32,000 nucleotides of DNA from Aquifex aeolicus VF5 (GTDB taxonomy: Bacteria; Aquificota; Aquificia; Aquificales; Aquificaceae): contig NC_000918.1 in NCBI RefSeq assembly GCF_000008625.1, positions 1,380,001 through 1,412,000 on the forward strand. The letters run 5' to 3'. This document shows, piece by piece, positions 10,299-18,271 of this stretch. The translations under genes were made by a program, and so were the position numbers. The notes below the pieces were generated by a model. The model ran no database searches and had not been told where the DNA came from. It saw nothing but the letters and a program-made list of their open reading frames with translations. Every line of letters begins with the position of its first letter. Positions within the stretch are counted from its first letter, which is position 1.

Positions 10299-10643
10299 TT
10301 ACAAGTTTAACTCCTTGAGCCTGTTTTTAATAAACTCCCAGCTCCACGCCCTTGCCTGATTTAAGGGAAGCTGTTTTCCTATATGCTCCTCGTAGCCCTC
10401 AACCCAAACCCATTCTCCGTCTGTGAGGAGTTTAAAGTTGTTTGTCCTGCTCGCCCACTGCCAGTAATTGTGAGGTGTTATCCCCATAGCCCTCTTGAAA
10501 AGTTCTAATTCTTGAGGTGTCAGTTCCCTTACTTTTTTCTCTTCTTTCTCTTCTCTTTCTTCCTTCTTCTCCTCTACTTCAGTTGGCTTTTCTTCCGTTT
10601 TTGGTTCTTCTTTCTTAAAAAGGGAGAGTATCTTCTTGAGCAC
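10299..10643 (-). CDS. Hypothetical protein with a Glu/Lys-rich N-terminal segment
   Basis: 114 aa ORF immediately upstream of panB, same strand. Charged low-complexity stretch followed by a Trp-rich region (NYWQWASRTNNFKLLTDGEWVWVEG). Confidence 0.7.
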   Translation of the reverse strand: MLKKILSLFKKEEPKTEEKPTEVEEKKEEREEKEEKKVRELTPQELELFKRAMGITPHNYWQWASRTNNFKLLTDGEWVWVEGYEEHIGKQLPLNQARAWSWEFIKNRLKELNL

Positions 10644-10680
10644 TTTTAACCTCCTGAGTTTTACTTAAAATTTATACTTT

Positions 10681-11232
10681 ATGAGCAGGTTGAGAATATA
10701 CACGGAATCTGGAGAACTTATAAAAGACATTACTGACCCAAAGGAAATAGCTGAAGAACTTCAGAAGATAAATGTCCTGTTTGAAAGATGGAGGGCAAAC
10801 GCACCCCTAAAAGAGAACGCAAGTGACGAAGAAATTATAAACGCTTACAAACATGAAATAGATAGGCTAATAAACAAATATGGATTTCAGTCCTACGACG
10901 TTATAGCTATGACGCCCGAACACCCTAAAAAAGATGAATTGAGACAGAAGTTCCTCAAAGAGCACACCCACAGCGACTTTGAAGTGAGGTACTTCGTTTA
11001 CGGAGACGGCGTGTTTTACCTTCACCCAAATGACAAGGTTTACATACTCCACTGTACGGCGGGAGACCTCATCAGCGTCCCTCCGAACACTAAACACTGG
11101 TTTGACATGGGGGAAAATCCTAACTTCAAGTGTATAAGGCTCTTCACGACACCCGAAGGCTGGGTAGCCGAATATACCGGCTCGGATATAGCGGAAAAGT
11201 TCCCCAAGTACGAGGAAGTTGTAAATGGTTAA
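10681..11232 (+). CDS. mtnD: Acireductone dioxygenase
   Basis: 183 aa. HTHSDFEVRYFVYGDGVFYLH and PPNTKHWFDMG cupin metal-binding motifs typical of ARD. Confidence 0.95.
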   Translation: MSRLRIYTESGELIKDITDPKEIAEELQKINVLFERWRANAPLKENASDEEIINAYKHEIDRLINKYGFQSYDVIAMTPEHPKKDELRQKFLKEHTHSDFEVRYFVYGDGVFYLHPNDKVYILHCTAGDLISVPPNTKHWFDMGENPNFKCIRLFTTPEGWVAEYTGSDIAEKFPKYEEVVNG

Positions 11233-11896
11233 GGCTATTCTTCTTGACATAGAGGGCACTATCGCACCCCTTTCCTTTGTAAAGGAAGTAATGTTTCCCT
11301 ACTCAAAGAAGAAGTTAAGGGAATTCCTTGAAAAAAACTGGGAAAAACCTGAGATAAAGAAGATTGTGCAGGAAGTGGAAAAGATAGAGGGAAGGGAACT
11401 CTCCCTTGAGGAAGCAGTGCAGCTTTTCTCAAGATGGATAGACGAGGACAGGAAAATAACACCGCTTAAAGAACTTCAGGGACACATATGGGAAGAAGGA
11501 TTCAAAAGCGGTGAGCTGAAAGCCCCCCTGTACGAAGACGCCTACGAGAAAATAAAGGAGTGGAAAGAGAAAGGTATTCCCGTTTACATATACTCTTCTG
11601 GTTCTGTAAAGGCTCAGAATCTTTTTTTCGGTCACAGCGTTTACGGGGACATAAGGAACTTATTTTCAGGTTTCTTTGATACGAAGATAGGAAGCAAAAG
11701 GGAAAGAAGTTCTTACGAGAAGATAGCCAAAGAAATAGGTCTTCCTCCTCACGAGATACTCTTTATCTCGGACAATCCGGAAGAACTCAAAGCTGCAAAA
11801 GAAGCGGGAATGAAGGTAATTCAGTCCGTAAGGGAAGGTGTTGAGCCGTCAGGGGACTTTGAGAAGATAACTTCTTTCAGGGAGCTGGAGATATGA
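11225..11896 (+). CDS. mtnC: Enolase-phosphatase E1
   Basis: 223 aa HAD protein. ILLDIEGTIAPLSFVKEVMFPYS, VYIYSSGSVKAQNLFF and ILFISDNPEELKAAKEAGM. Confidence 0.95.
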   Translation: MVKAILLDIEGTIAPLSFVKEVMFPYSKKKLREFLEKNWEKPEIKKIVQEVEKIEGRELSLEEAVQLFSRWIDEDRKITPLKELQGHIWEEGFKSGELKAPLYEDAYEKIKEWKEKGIPVYIYSSGSVKAQNLFFGHSVYGDIRNLFSGFFDTKIGSKRERSSYEKIAKEIGLPPHEILFISDNPEELKAAKEAGMKVIQSVREGVEPSGDFEKITSFRELEI

Positions 11897-12258
11897 TTTT
11901 ATTCTCTCCTAAGGAGATAAAAGATATTGAAGAGCTTGTAAAGGAAAGGGAAGGAAGTGTAGAGGAAATAGAGGTAATCAAACTGAACGAGACTCCGAAC
12001 ATTTCCCAGTTCCTCGTTTTTATAAAAACCTCAGAAGTTCCCCACTACCATGCGGAGCACGACCTTACGTTCACCGTTCTCAAGGGAAAGGGAGAACTTT
12101 ACCTTGAGGGTGAAAAAAAGAAACTGAAAGAGGGAGATTGGGCTTTCATACCGAAGGGAGCGGTTCACTTTTATAGGAACACAAGTGAGCTTTCCGTACT
12201 CCTTGCCATCTTCTCACCGAGTTACGACGGGAAGGACAGTGTGAGGGTAGAGCTGTGA
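11893..12258 (+). CDS. Small cupin-domain protein in the methionine salvage cluster
   Basis: 121 aa. [23 protein letters not shown]...[16 protein letters not shown]; 4-nt overlaps with both neighbouring genes. Confidence 0.88.
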
Positions 12259-12881
12259 ACGTGGAACTCTTTAAGAAGTTTTCCGAAAAGGTAGAAGAAA
12301 TTATAGAAGCCGGCAGGATTTTGCACTCAAGGGGATGGGTTCCCGCAACGAGCGGAAATATATCCGCAAAAGTAAGCGAGGAGTACATAGCGATAACAGC
12401 CTCAGGTAAGCACAAAGGTAAGTTAACTCCCGAGGACATACTCCTTATAGATTACGAGGGAAGACCGGTTGGAGGAGGAAAGCCCTCCGCGGAAACGCTC
12501 CTTCACACCACCGTTTACAAGCTCTTTCCCGAGGTGAACGCCGTTGTTCACACCCACTCTCCGAACGCTACCGTGATTTCCATCGTTGAAAAAAAAGACT
12601 TTGTAGAGCTTGAAGACTACGAACTCCTGAAGGCTTTTCCGGATATACACACCCACGAAGTGAAGATTAAAATTCCCATATTTCCGAACGAACAGAATAT
12701 TCCTCTTCTTGCAAAAGAAGTTGAAAACTACTTCAAAACCTCAGAAGACAAGTACGGTTTTCTAATAAGGGGGCACGGACTATACACCTGGGGAAGGAGT
12801 ATGGAAGAAGCCCTAATCCACACCGAGGCCCTTGAGTTTATCTTCGAATGTGAACTTAAACTCCTTTCTTTTCATTCTTAG
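12255..12881 (+). CDS. mtnB: Methylthioribulose-1-phosphate dehydratase (class II aldolase fold)
   Basis: 208 aa. [41 protein letters not shown] and [12 protein letters not shown]. Confidence 0.94.
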
Positions 12882-13140
12882 TTCTCCCTATAAGCATTTC
12901 CCTTTCCGCCTCACACTTCCCCAGTCTGTAACTCAAATCCTCTATCTTGTTAATGATTTCTAAGAAATTCTCAGAAATTTTTTTTACATCCCCGTACAAT
13001 CCCTCCCTTAAGACTATATACTCGTGGTAAATCCTAAGGGCTTCCTCCACAATTTGTACTTCCTTTTTGTTAAGTTTTGTTTTTAGTTCTTCTAAAATTT
13101 TTAACGTTTGTTCATCAAAAACAAACGTCTTCTTCTTCAC
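12856..13140 (-). CDS. Putative ribbon-helix-helix-like small protein with C-terminal coiled coil
   Basis: 94 aa, GTG start. [34 protein letters not shown] looks like a CopG/RHH pattern. Confidence 0.6.
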
Positions 13141-13227
13141 GACAAACCCCCTAAAGCTTTACCTTACAATTTAAAAACCTTTTTTGTTTTTTCAAATTTA
13201 TTTAATTTTTCTTATATCCTTTTTAAC

Positions 13228-14154
13228 TTATCGTGAGATTTTATAAACCTTAAGAAGGTAATCTATCAAAATCTCCAGAGGTTCTTTATCAAGTTTTTCA
13301 TCCCTCATAGGAACCGCAAAGGGAGATAAGACTAACTTCCTGACTTCGTTCTCTTCCATAGGGGGAACTGGAGCCTTCAGGCTCGCTACAGTTCCCTTCC
13401 TCTTTCTTCCGATTTCCCTTGAAGAGCCTACCTTAAAACCGAGAGTAAGTAATGACTTCCTGACCGAAAGGGAAGAAGAGTAAGAGACCCAGTACCCCTT
13501 CTCGTCAATCCTTTCTTTAATTAACGACAGAAAGTCTAAGGTCCACAGTTCCGGGTTTTTGTAGGGAGAAAAAGCGTCGTGAAATACAGCATCCGCTTTG
13601 AAGTTTTCTACTTCTTTAATCCTCTTCCTCGCATCTCCCAGAAGTACTTTTAAACTAAGTCTTTCCCCTTCGTACTCCGGGACTCTCTCCAATAAAAATT
13701 CGTGAATTTCCCTGTAGGGTTCCGGCAGGATAGGAAATTCTTTCAGCAGTTCCTTCTCAAAGGAGATTATCTCAACTCTCAATTTTGGGTTCACTTCCCA
13801 GAGGTGTTTTAAGGCAACTGCCAGGTTGTACCCGAGACCGAAACCTACATCCAGAATCCTTATTACTTTCCTTTCTTTTGCCTTTTCGAGAATTCTTGAG
13901 GGTCTTACAAACTTGTAGAGACTCTCCCTTATAGCCCCCGCAGTTTGACTGTGGTAGGGTTCTCCGTAAGTCTTGTGTATCAGTGTTTTTGAACCGTCCG
14001 CCGTATCGGCAATTTCCTGCCCGCTTTCCTCGGGGTTGTAAGCGAACCTCAGGAACTCCCTCAGGATTACATTAAATTCTTCCTCGGTTAGTGAAACTTC
14101 CTTCTTTCTCAGATAACTTTCTAAGTAATTTTTCAAATATTCTTCCCTCTTCAT
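13228..14154 (-). CDS. mnmC: Standalone MnmC2-type tRNA (5-methylaminomethyl-2-thiouridine) methyltransferase, DUF752 family
   Basis: 308 aa. IRILDVGFGLGYNLAVALKH SAM-binding motif, ADAVFHDAFSPYKNPELWT, SAGAIRESLYKFVRPS. No fused FAD oxidase domain. The DUF752 protein from Aquifex aeolicus is described as MnmC2. Confidence 0.92.
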   Translation of the reverse strand: MKREEYLKNYLESYLRKKEVSLTEEEFNVILREFLRFAYNPEESGQEIADTADGSKTLIHKTYGEPYHSQTAGAIRESLYKFVRPSRILEKAKERKVIRILDVGFGLGYNLAVALKHLWEVNPKLRVEIISFEKELLKEFPILPEPYREIHEFLLERVPEYEGERLSLKVLLGDARKRIKEVENFKADAVFHDAFSPYKNPELWTLDFLSLIKERIDEKGYWVSYSSSLSVRKSLLTLGFKVGSSREIGRKRKGTVASLKAPVPPMEENEVRKLVLSPFAVPMRDEKLDKEPLEILIDYLLKVYKISR

Positions 14155-14483
14155 TTCTTCAGTTCTTCTATGTTGTATATCTCGTAAACGGGTCTGTGGT
14201 TTGTGAGACCTATGGACTCCCTGTAAACGATTAAGTAATACCTGTACTTGTAGGCTTCGCTCAGGTACTTGTCTAACCGTTTCCTCAAATGAACGGAAAG
14301 CCTTATACTGAACTTTGGAATTTTCGTCTTTTCCCTCTTCATCCTCTCTTCAAGGTAGTTCAGTGCCCTCTTTACCCTCTTTGCCTGTTCCATGCAGTAC
14401 TCTATCTTCCTCCCGTATCCGCCCCCTACGGAAGCGATTTCCTTTAGAATTTCATCATCCAGACTTTCCTTTGAGAGCATCAA
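14151..14483 (-). CDS. Conserved hypothetical protein
   Basis: 110 aa basic ORF overlapping the mnmC start by 4 nt. The start may be TTG 14483 or ATG 14480. Confidence 0.65.
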   Translation of the reverse strand: MMLSKESLDDEILKEIASVGGGYGRKIEYCMEQAKRVKRALNYLEERMKREKTKIPKFSIRLSVHLRKRLDKYLSEAYKYRYYLIVYRESIGLTNHRPVYEIYNIEELKK

Positions 14484-14502
14484 GTTTTAATATAAAGACT
14501 TA

Positions 14503-15147
14503 ATGGTAAAAGTATCCGCAGAAAACTTCCTTTACTTTGCCATTTCAGTTCTCGTAAACCTGCTCTTTCTGAAAATTCTCTACATCTACTTATTCCTTCC
14601 GAATATAAGCCCGCCTCAAGCTTTTACGCCCCTGAGTGTGAAGATAGAGGAAATAAAGGCTCCGCCAAAGAAGCCGGGAAAGCCGCAGAAAAAAGTGGTG
14701 AAAAAGAAGCCCGAGGCTGTATCAGTCTCTCAGGCTCCCGAAAAGGGGGATGTGCCCGTAGAAGTGAAGGAAGAAAAGGAAGTTTCACTCCTTCCCGAAC
14801 TTGAAAAGAAGATCAAGGAAAGACTGAAGAAGAGAAAAGAGGTAAAACAAATAGGAGAGATTTCCGCGGTAGTTTCGAAGCAGAAAGTGGAAATAAGACT
14901 GGGAAGCAGGAAGCTCGTTCACGTACCTCCGCCCCCCGTTTTTCACGTAAAGGAATACCCATCTCTCGTTCGCATAAAGATATGGGTAAATCCGGAAGGG
15001 AGAGTGATAAGGGCTATTATTATCCAGAGGAGCGGTGTAACGGAAGTTGACGAAGGACTTTTGAGATTTACGAAAAAACTGAAGTTTGAACCTATTGAAG
15101 TTCCCGAAGTTCAGGAAGGTGTGATAACCTTTACTTTTTCCACTTAA
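14503..15147 (+). CDS. tonB: TonB family energy-transducing protein
   Basis: 214 aa. N-terminal TM segment, Pro/Lys-rich linker (PPKKPGKPQKKVVKKKPE) and TonB C-terminal domain VRIKIWVNPEGRVIRAIIIQRSG...FEPIEVPEVQEGVITFTF. Confidence 0.88.
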   Translation: MVKVSAENFLYFAISVLVNLLFLKILYIYLFLPNISPPQAFTPLSVKIEEIKAPPKKPGKPQKKVVKKKPEAVSVSQAPEKGDVPVEVKEEKEVSLLPELEKKIKERLKKRKEVKQIGEISAVVSKQKVEIRLGSRKLVHVPPPPVFHVKEYPSLVRIKIWVNPEGRVIRAIIIQRSGVTEVDEGLLRFTKKLKFEPIEVPEVQEGVITFTFST

Positions 15148-15157
15148 AATTTATGGT

Positions 15158-15952
15158 ATGGAAAACTTAAAAAAGTACCTAGAAGTTGCAAAAATAGCCG
15201 CGCTCGCGGGTGGGCAGGTTCTGAAAGAAAACTTCGGAAAGGTAAAAAAGGAAAACATAGAGGAAAAAGGGGAAAAGGACTTTGTAAGTTACGTGGATAA
15301 AACTTCAGAGGAAAGGATAAAGGAGGTGATACTCAAGTTCTTTCCCGATCACGAGGTCGTAGGGGAAGAGATGGGTGCGGAGGGAAGCGGAAGCGAATAC
15401 AGGTGGTTCATAGACCCCCTTGACGGCACAAAGAACTACATAAACGGTTTTCCCATCTTTGCCGTATCAGTGGGACTTGTTAAGGGAGAAGAGCCAATTG
15501 TGGGTGCGGTTTACCTTCCTTACTTTGACAAGCTTTACTGGGGTGCTAAAGGTCTCGGGGCTTACGTAAACGGAAAGAGGATAAAGGTAAAGGACAATGA
15601 GAGTTTAAAGCACGCCGGAGTGGTTTACGGATTTCCCTCTAGGAGCAGGAGGGACATATCTATCTACTTGAACATATTCAAGGATGTCTTTTACGAAGTT
15701 GGCTCTATGAGGAGACCCGGGGCTGCTGCGGTTGACCTCTGCATGGTGGCGGAAGGGATATTTGACGGGATGATGGAGTTTGAAATGAAGCCGTGGGACA
15801 TAACCGCAGGGCTTGTAATACTGAAGGAAGCCGGGGGCGTTTACACACTTGTGGGAGAACCCTTCGGAGTTTCGGACATAATTGCGGGCAACAAAGCCCT
15901 CCACGACTTTATACTTCAGGTAGCCAAAAAGTATATGGAAGTGGCGGTGTGA
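15158..15952 (+). CDS. suhB: Inositol monophosphatase family protein
   Basis: 264 aa. DYVSYVDKTSEE-type region, GEEMGAEG, WFIDPLDGTKNYINGFPIFAVS and WDITAGLVILKEAGG. Confidence 0.93.
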   Translation: MENLKKYLEVAKIAALAGGQVLKENFGKVKKENIEEKGEKDFVSYVDKTSEERIKEVILKFFPDHEVVGEEMGAEGSGSEYRWFIDPLDGTKNYINGFPIFAVSVGLVKGEEPIVGAVYLPYFDKLYWGAKGLGAYVNGKRIKVKDNESLKHAGVVYGFPSRSRRDISIYLNIFKDVFYEVGSMRRPGAAAVDLCMVAEGIFDGMMEFEMKPWDITAGLVILKEAGGVYTLVGEPFGVSDIIAGNKALHDFILQVAKKYMEVAV

Positions 15953-16539
15953 AGAGAATCGGACTTACGGGAAACATAGGTTGCGGAAAGTCCACGGTAG
16001 CACAAATGTTCAGAGAACTCGGGGCTTATGTCCTAGACGCAGATAAGTTAATCCACTCCTTTTACAGAAAAGGACACCCCGTTTACGAGGAAGTCGTTAA
16101 AACCTTCGGTAAAGGTATACTGGACGAAGAGGGAAATATAGACAGGAAAAAACTCGCAGACATAGTTTTTAAAGATGAAGAGAAGTTAAGAAAACTGGAA
16201 GAAATCACCCACAGAGCCCTTTACAAAGAGATTGAAAAAATTACTAAAAACCTATCCGAAGACACCCTCTTTATCTTGGAAGCCAGTCTCCTAGTTGAGA
16301 AGGGAACTTACAAAAATTACGATAAGTTAATCGTGGTTTACGCACCTTATGAGGTTTGCAAAGAGAGGGCAATAAAGAGAGGTATGAGTGAAGAGGACTT
16401 TGAAAGGAGATGGAAAAAGCAGATGCCAATAGAGGAAAAGGTAAAGTACGCGGACTACGTTATAGACAACTCAGGAAGTATTGAAGAGACCTATAAGCAG
16501 GTAAAGAAGGTTTACGAAGAACTCACAAGAGACCCTTGA
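15949..16539 (+). CDS. coaE: Dephospho-CoA kinase
   Basis: IGLTGNIGCGKSTVAQMFRELGAYVLDADKLIH. The track ORF begins at 15793 but the GTG at 15949 overlaps the upstream stop (GTGA) and matches the family N-terminus. Confidence 0.94.
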   Translation: MKRIGLTGNIGCGKSTVAQMFRELGAYVLDADKLIHSFYRKGHPVYEEVVKTFGKGILDEEGNIDRKKLADIVFKDEEKLRKLEEITHRALYKEIEKITKNLSEDTLFILEASLLVEKGTYKNYDKLIVVYAPYEVCKERAIKRGMSEEDFERRWKKQMPIEEKVKYADYVIDNSGSIEETYKQVKKVYEELTRDP

Positions 16540-17248
16540 GTTTGTAAAAGAGCAATCCTATGTACTCCCTAATGGCTATGGACGAGTCGTAAAAGACGCT
16601 GTACTTTGGAAAAAGGCTATAAACGTTGTACTTCCCTTCAAACTTCAAGTCCGTGGGGTAAGGGATTACCTCGAGACCTGCTTTTTTAAAAACCCCCACC
16701 GCCCTTGGCATGTGAAAGCCAGAAGTTACCAATATTACTTCTTTACACTTTAATAGTTTTTCACACATCTCCTTTACGAACTTTGCGTTTTCAAAGGTGT
16801 CCCTGCTCCTCACGTCCGTGTAGATATCCTCTTCCGGAACTCCGAAGCTCCTTAACAGTTCCTTCATAACTTTAGCTTCAGGGATAACGTTTATTGAAGC
16901 TCCGCCGGAGAGAATAATGGGTTTCTTTAATTCCTTGTAAAGCAAAAAGCCAGTTATGAGTCTTTTAAAAGAAGAAGCTTTAAGCCTTCCGTTGTTGTAA
17001 ACGCCTCCTCCCAGAACAACTATGGCATCTCCCTTCAAAACTTCGGGTTTTTTGTAGTAATTCTCAAGAGGGTAAATTAGCAAATCCTTTATAGGTTCTA
17101 CGGATATGAGGTATAGAGACAAGGCACAGAGAAGGGCAAACCTTCTTAAGAACTTTCCCTTTGAGAGGAACGATATAAACAGGAAAGCTATTACGTAAAT
17201 CCCGGGTGGCAGTATGAAGTAGGAGATTAACTTTTTTAGGAAGAACAT
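16523..17248 (-). CDS. YdcF/ElyC-like DUF218 membrane protein
   Basis: 241 aa. Two N-terminal TM segments; AIVVLGGGVYNNGRLKASSFKRL, PIILSGG and VLVTSGFHMPRAV. Confidence 0.9.
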   Translation of the reverse strand: MFFLKKLISYFILPPGIYVIAFLFISFLSKGKFLRRFALLCALSLYLISVEPIKDLLIYPLENYYKKPEVLKGDAIVVLGGGVYNNGRLKASSFKRLITGFLLYKELKKPIILSGGASINVIPEAKVMKELLRSFGVPEEDIYTDVRSRDTFENAKFVKEMCEKLLKCKEVILVTSGFHMPRAVGVFKKAGLEVIPYPTDLKFEGKYNVYSLFPKYSVFYDSSIAIREYIGLLFYKLKGLL

Positions 17249-17649
17249 TACTCCTTCTTCCGAACCGCTATTATAACGTTTTCTATTCCGTTCTTCCTCG
17301 CTAAATCCATTACCTGAACCACGAACTTATGCTTTACGTTTTCGTCTGCTTCTATTATGAGGTAATCGTACTTCTTCTCTTTAAAAAGCTTTTCCAGATC
17401 TTCCGAGGAAACACTCTTTCCCTGAACTTTCATATTCCCCTTCTCGTCTATCTGAACCTTCAGGGCGGTGATTTGTACTTTTTCTCCCGTTTCCGCGAAG
17501 GGCAGTTTAACGGCTATAAAGGTCTCAGGGGACTGGAAGGCGAGTATCGCGAGGAATAGAAACACCGCCAAGAGCGTATCTACTAAAGGAACTACGTCTA
17601 TGTACGCCCTTTCTTCTTCCCTGAACCTTAACCTTTTCCTCAGGTTCAT
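17248..17649 (-). CDS. ExbD/TolR family biopolymer transport protein
   Basis: 133 aa. IDVVPLVDTLLAVFLFLAILAF TM helix and LIIEADENVKHKFVVQVMDLARKNGIENVIIA. Confidence 0.92.
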   Translation of the reverse strand: MNLRKRLRFREEERAYIDVVPLVDTLLAVFLFLAILAFQSPETFIAVKLPFAETGEKVQITALKVQIDEKGNMKVQGKSVSSEDLEKLFKEKKYDYLIIEADENVKHKFVVQVMDLARKNGIENVIIAVRKKE

Positions 17650-17653
17650 ATCT

Positions 17654-18268
17654 TTACTCCAGAGAGTGTATGATTTCCCTCGCTTCCTCGCTGATTCTGT
17701 CTAGTATGTGATTTCCTATAGCCTTGTAAACCCAGTAAGCGAGAAGTGCAGGGATTGCAACTCCTAGTCCCGTTGCCGCAGCCACGAGAACTTCACTAAT
17801 TCCTTTAGCAAGCAGGTTCATAGCCTCTCCTTGAGTGGTTATTGCGTAAGCTTGAAACACCTTTATAAGACCCGTTATCGTTCCGAATAGTCCAAGAAGC
17901 GGAGCAACCGAAGCCGTGGTGGAGAGTATGGGCAGGTTTTTCTCTATTTTTGGAACTAAAGCGGAAAGCTCCTCCTCCATCAGCCTTATCAGGTATCCCT
18001 TTTCCTTTTTTCCTTTCAGGTATTCCTCAAGGGTTACCGATACAGCCTTCGTGAAAGGGTGATCAACCACAGTGGAAATCTTCAGGGCACTCTCGTAATC
18101 CCCCCTGCTTATTAGGGCTTTTATCTCCGTTAAATTCCGTGGAAGGAAGTTCTTTACCCTCAGGTTAACAGCCCTCTCTATTATCACGTACCACGAGAGT
18201 ATAGAAAGTAAAATCAGGGGGTACATAACTATACCGCCCTTTTCTATCCACGCTAAAATGGCTTCCAT
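17654..18268 (-). CDS. MotA/TolQ/ExbB family proton channel protein
   Basis: 204 aa. LPILSTTASVAPLLGLFGTITGLIKVFQAYA and ISEVLVAAATGLGVAIPALLAY. Confidence 0.95.
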   Translation of the reverse strand: MEAILAWIEKGGIVMYPLILLSILSWYVIIERAVNLRVKNFLPRNLTEIKALISRGDYESALKISTVVDHPFTKAVSVTLEEYLKGKKEKGYLIRLMEEELSALVPKIEKNLPILSTTASVAPLLGLFGTITGLIKVFQAYAITTQGEAMNLLAKGISEVLVAAATGLGVAIPALLAYWVYKAIGNHILDRISEEAREIIHSLE

Positions 18269-18271
18269 AAC

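Noticed and set aside
13141-13227. AT-rich gap considered as att site, promoter island or small RNA
   Set aside because: Homopolymer-rich but without clear inverted repeats or direct repeats; too little evidence beyond being the likely upstream region of the RHH-like gene.
15605-15904. 99 aa minus-strand ORF over the suhB-like gene
   Set aside because: Covers the conserved WDITAGLVILKEAGG coding region in antisense; no independent support.
15793-15948. N-terminal extension of the coaE ORF in the track
   Set aside because: MGHNRRACNTEG... lies out of frame over suhB; the family N-terminus begins at the GTG at 15949.
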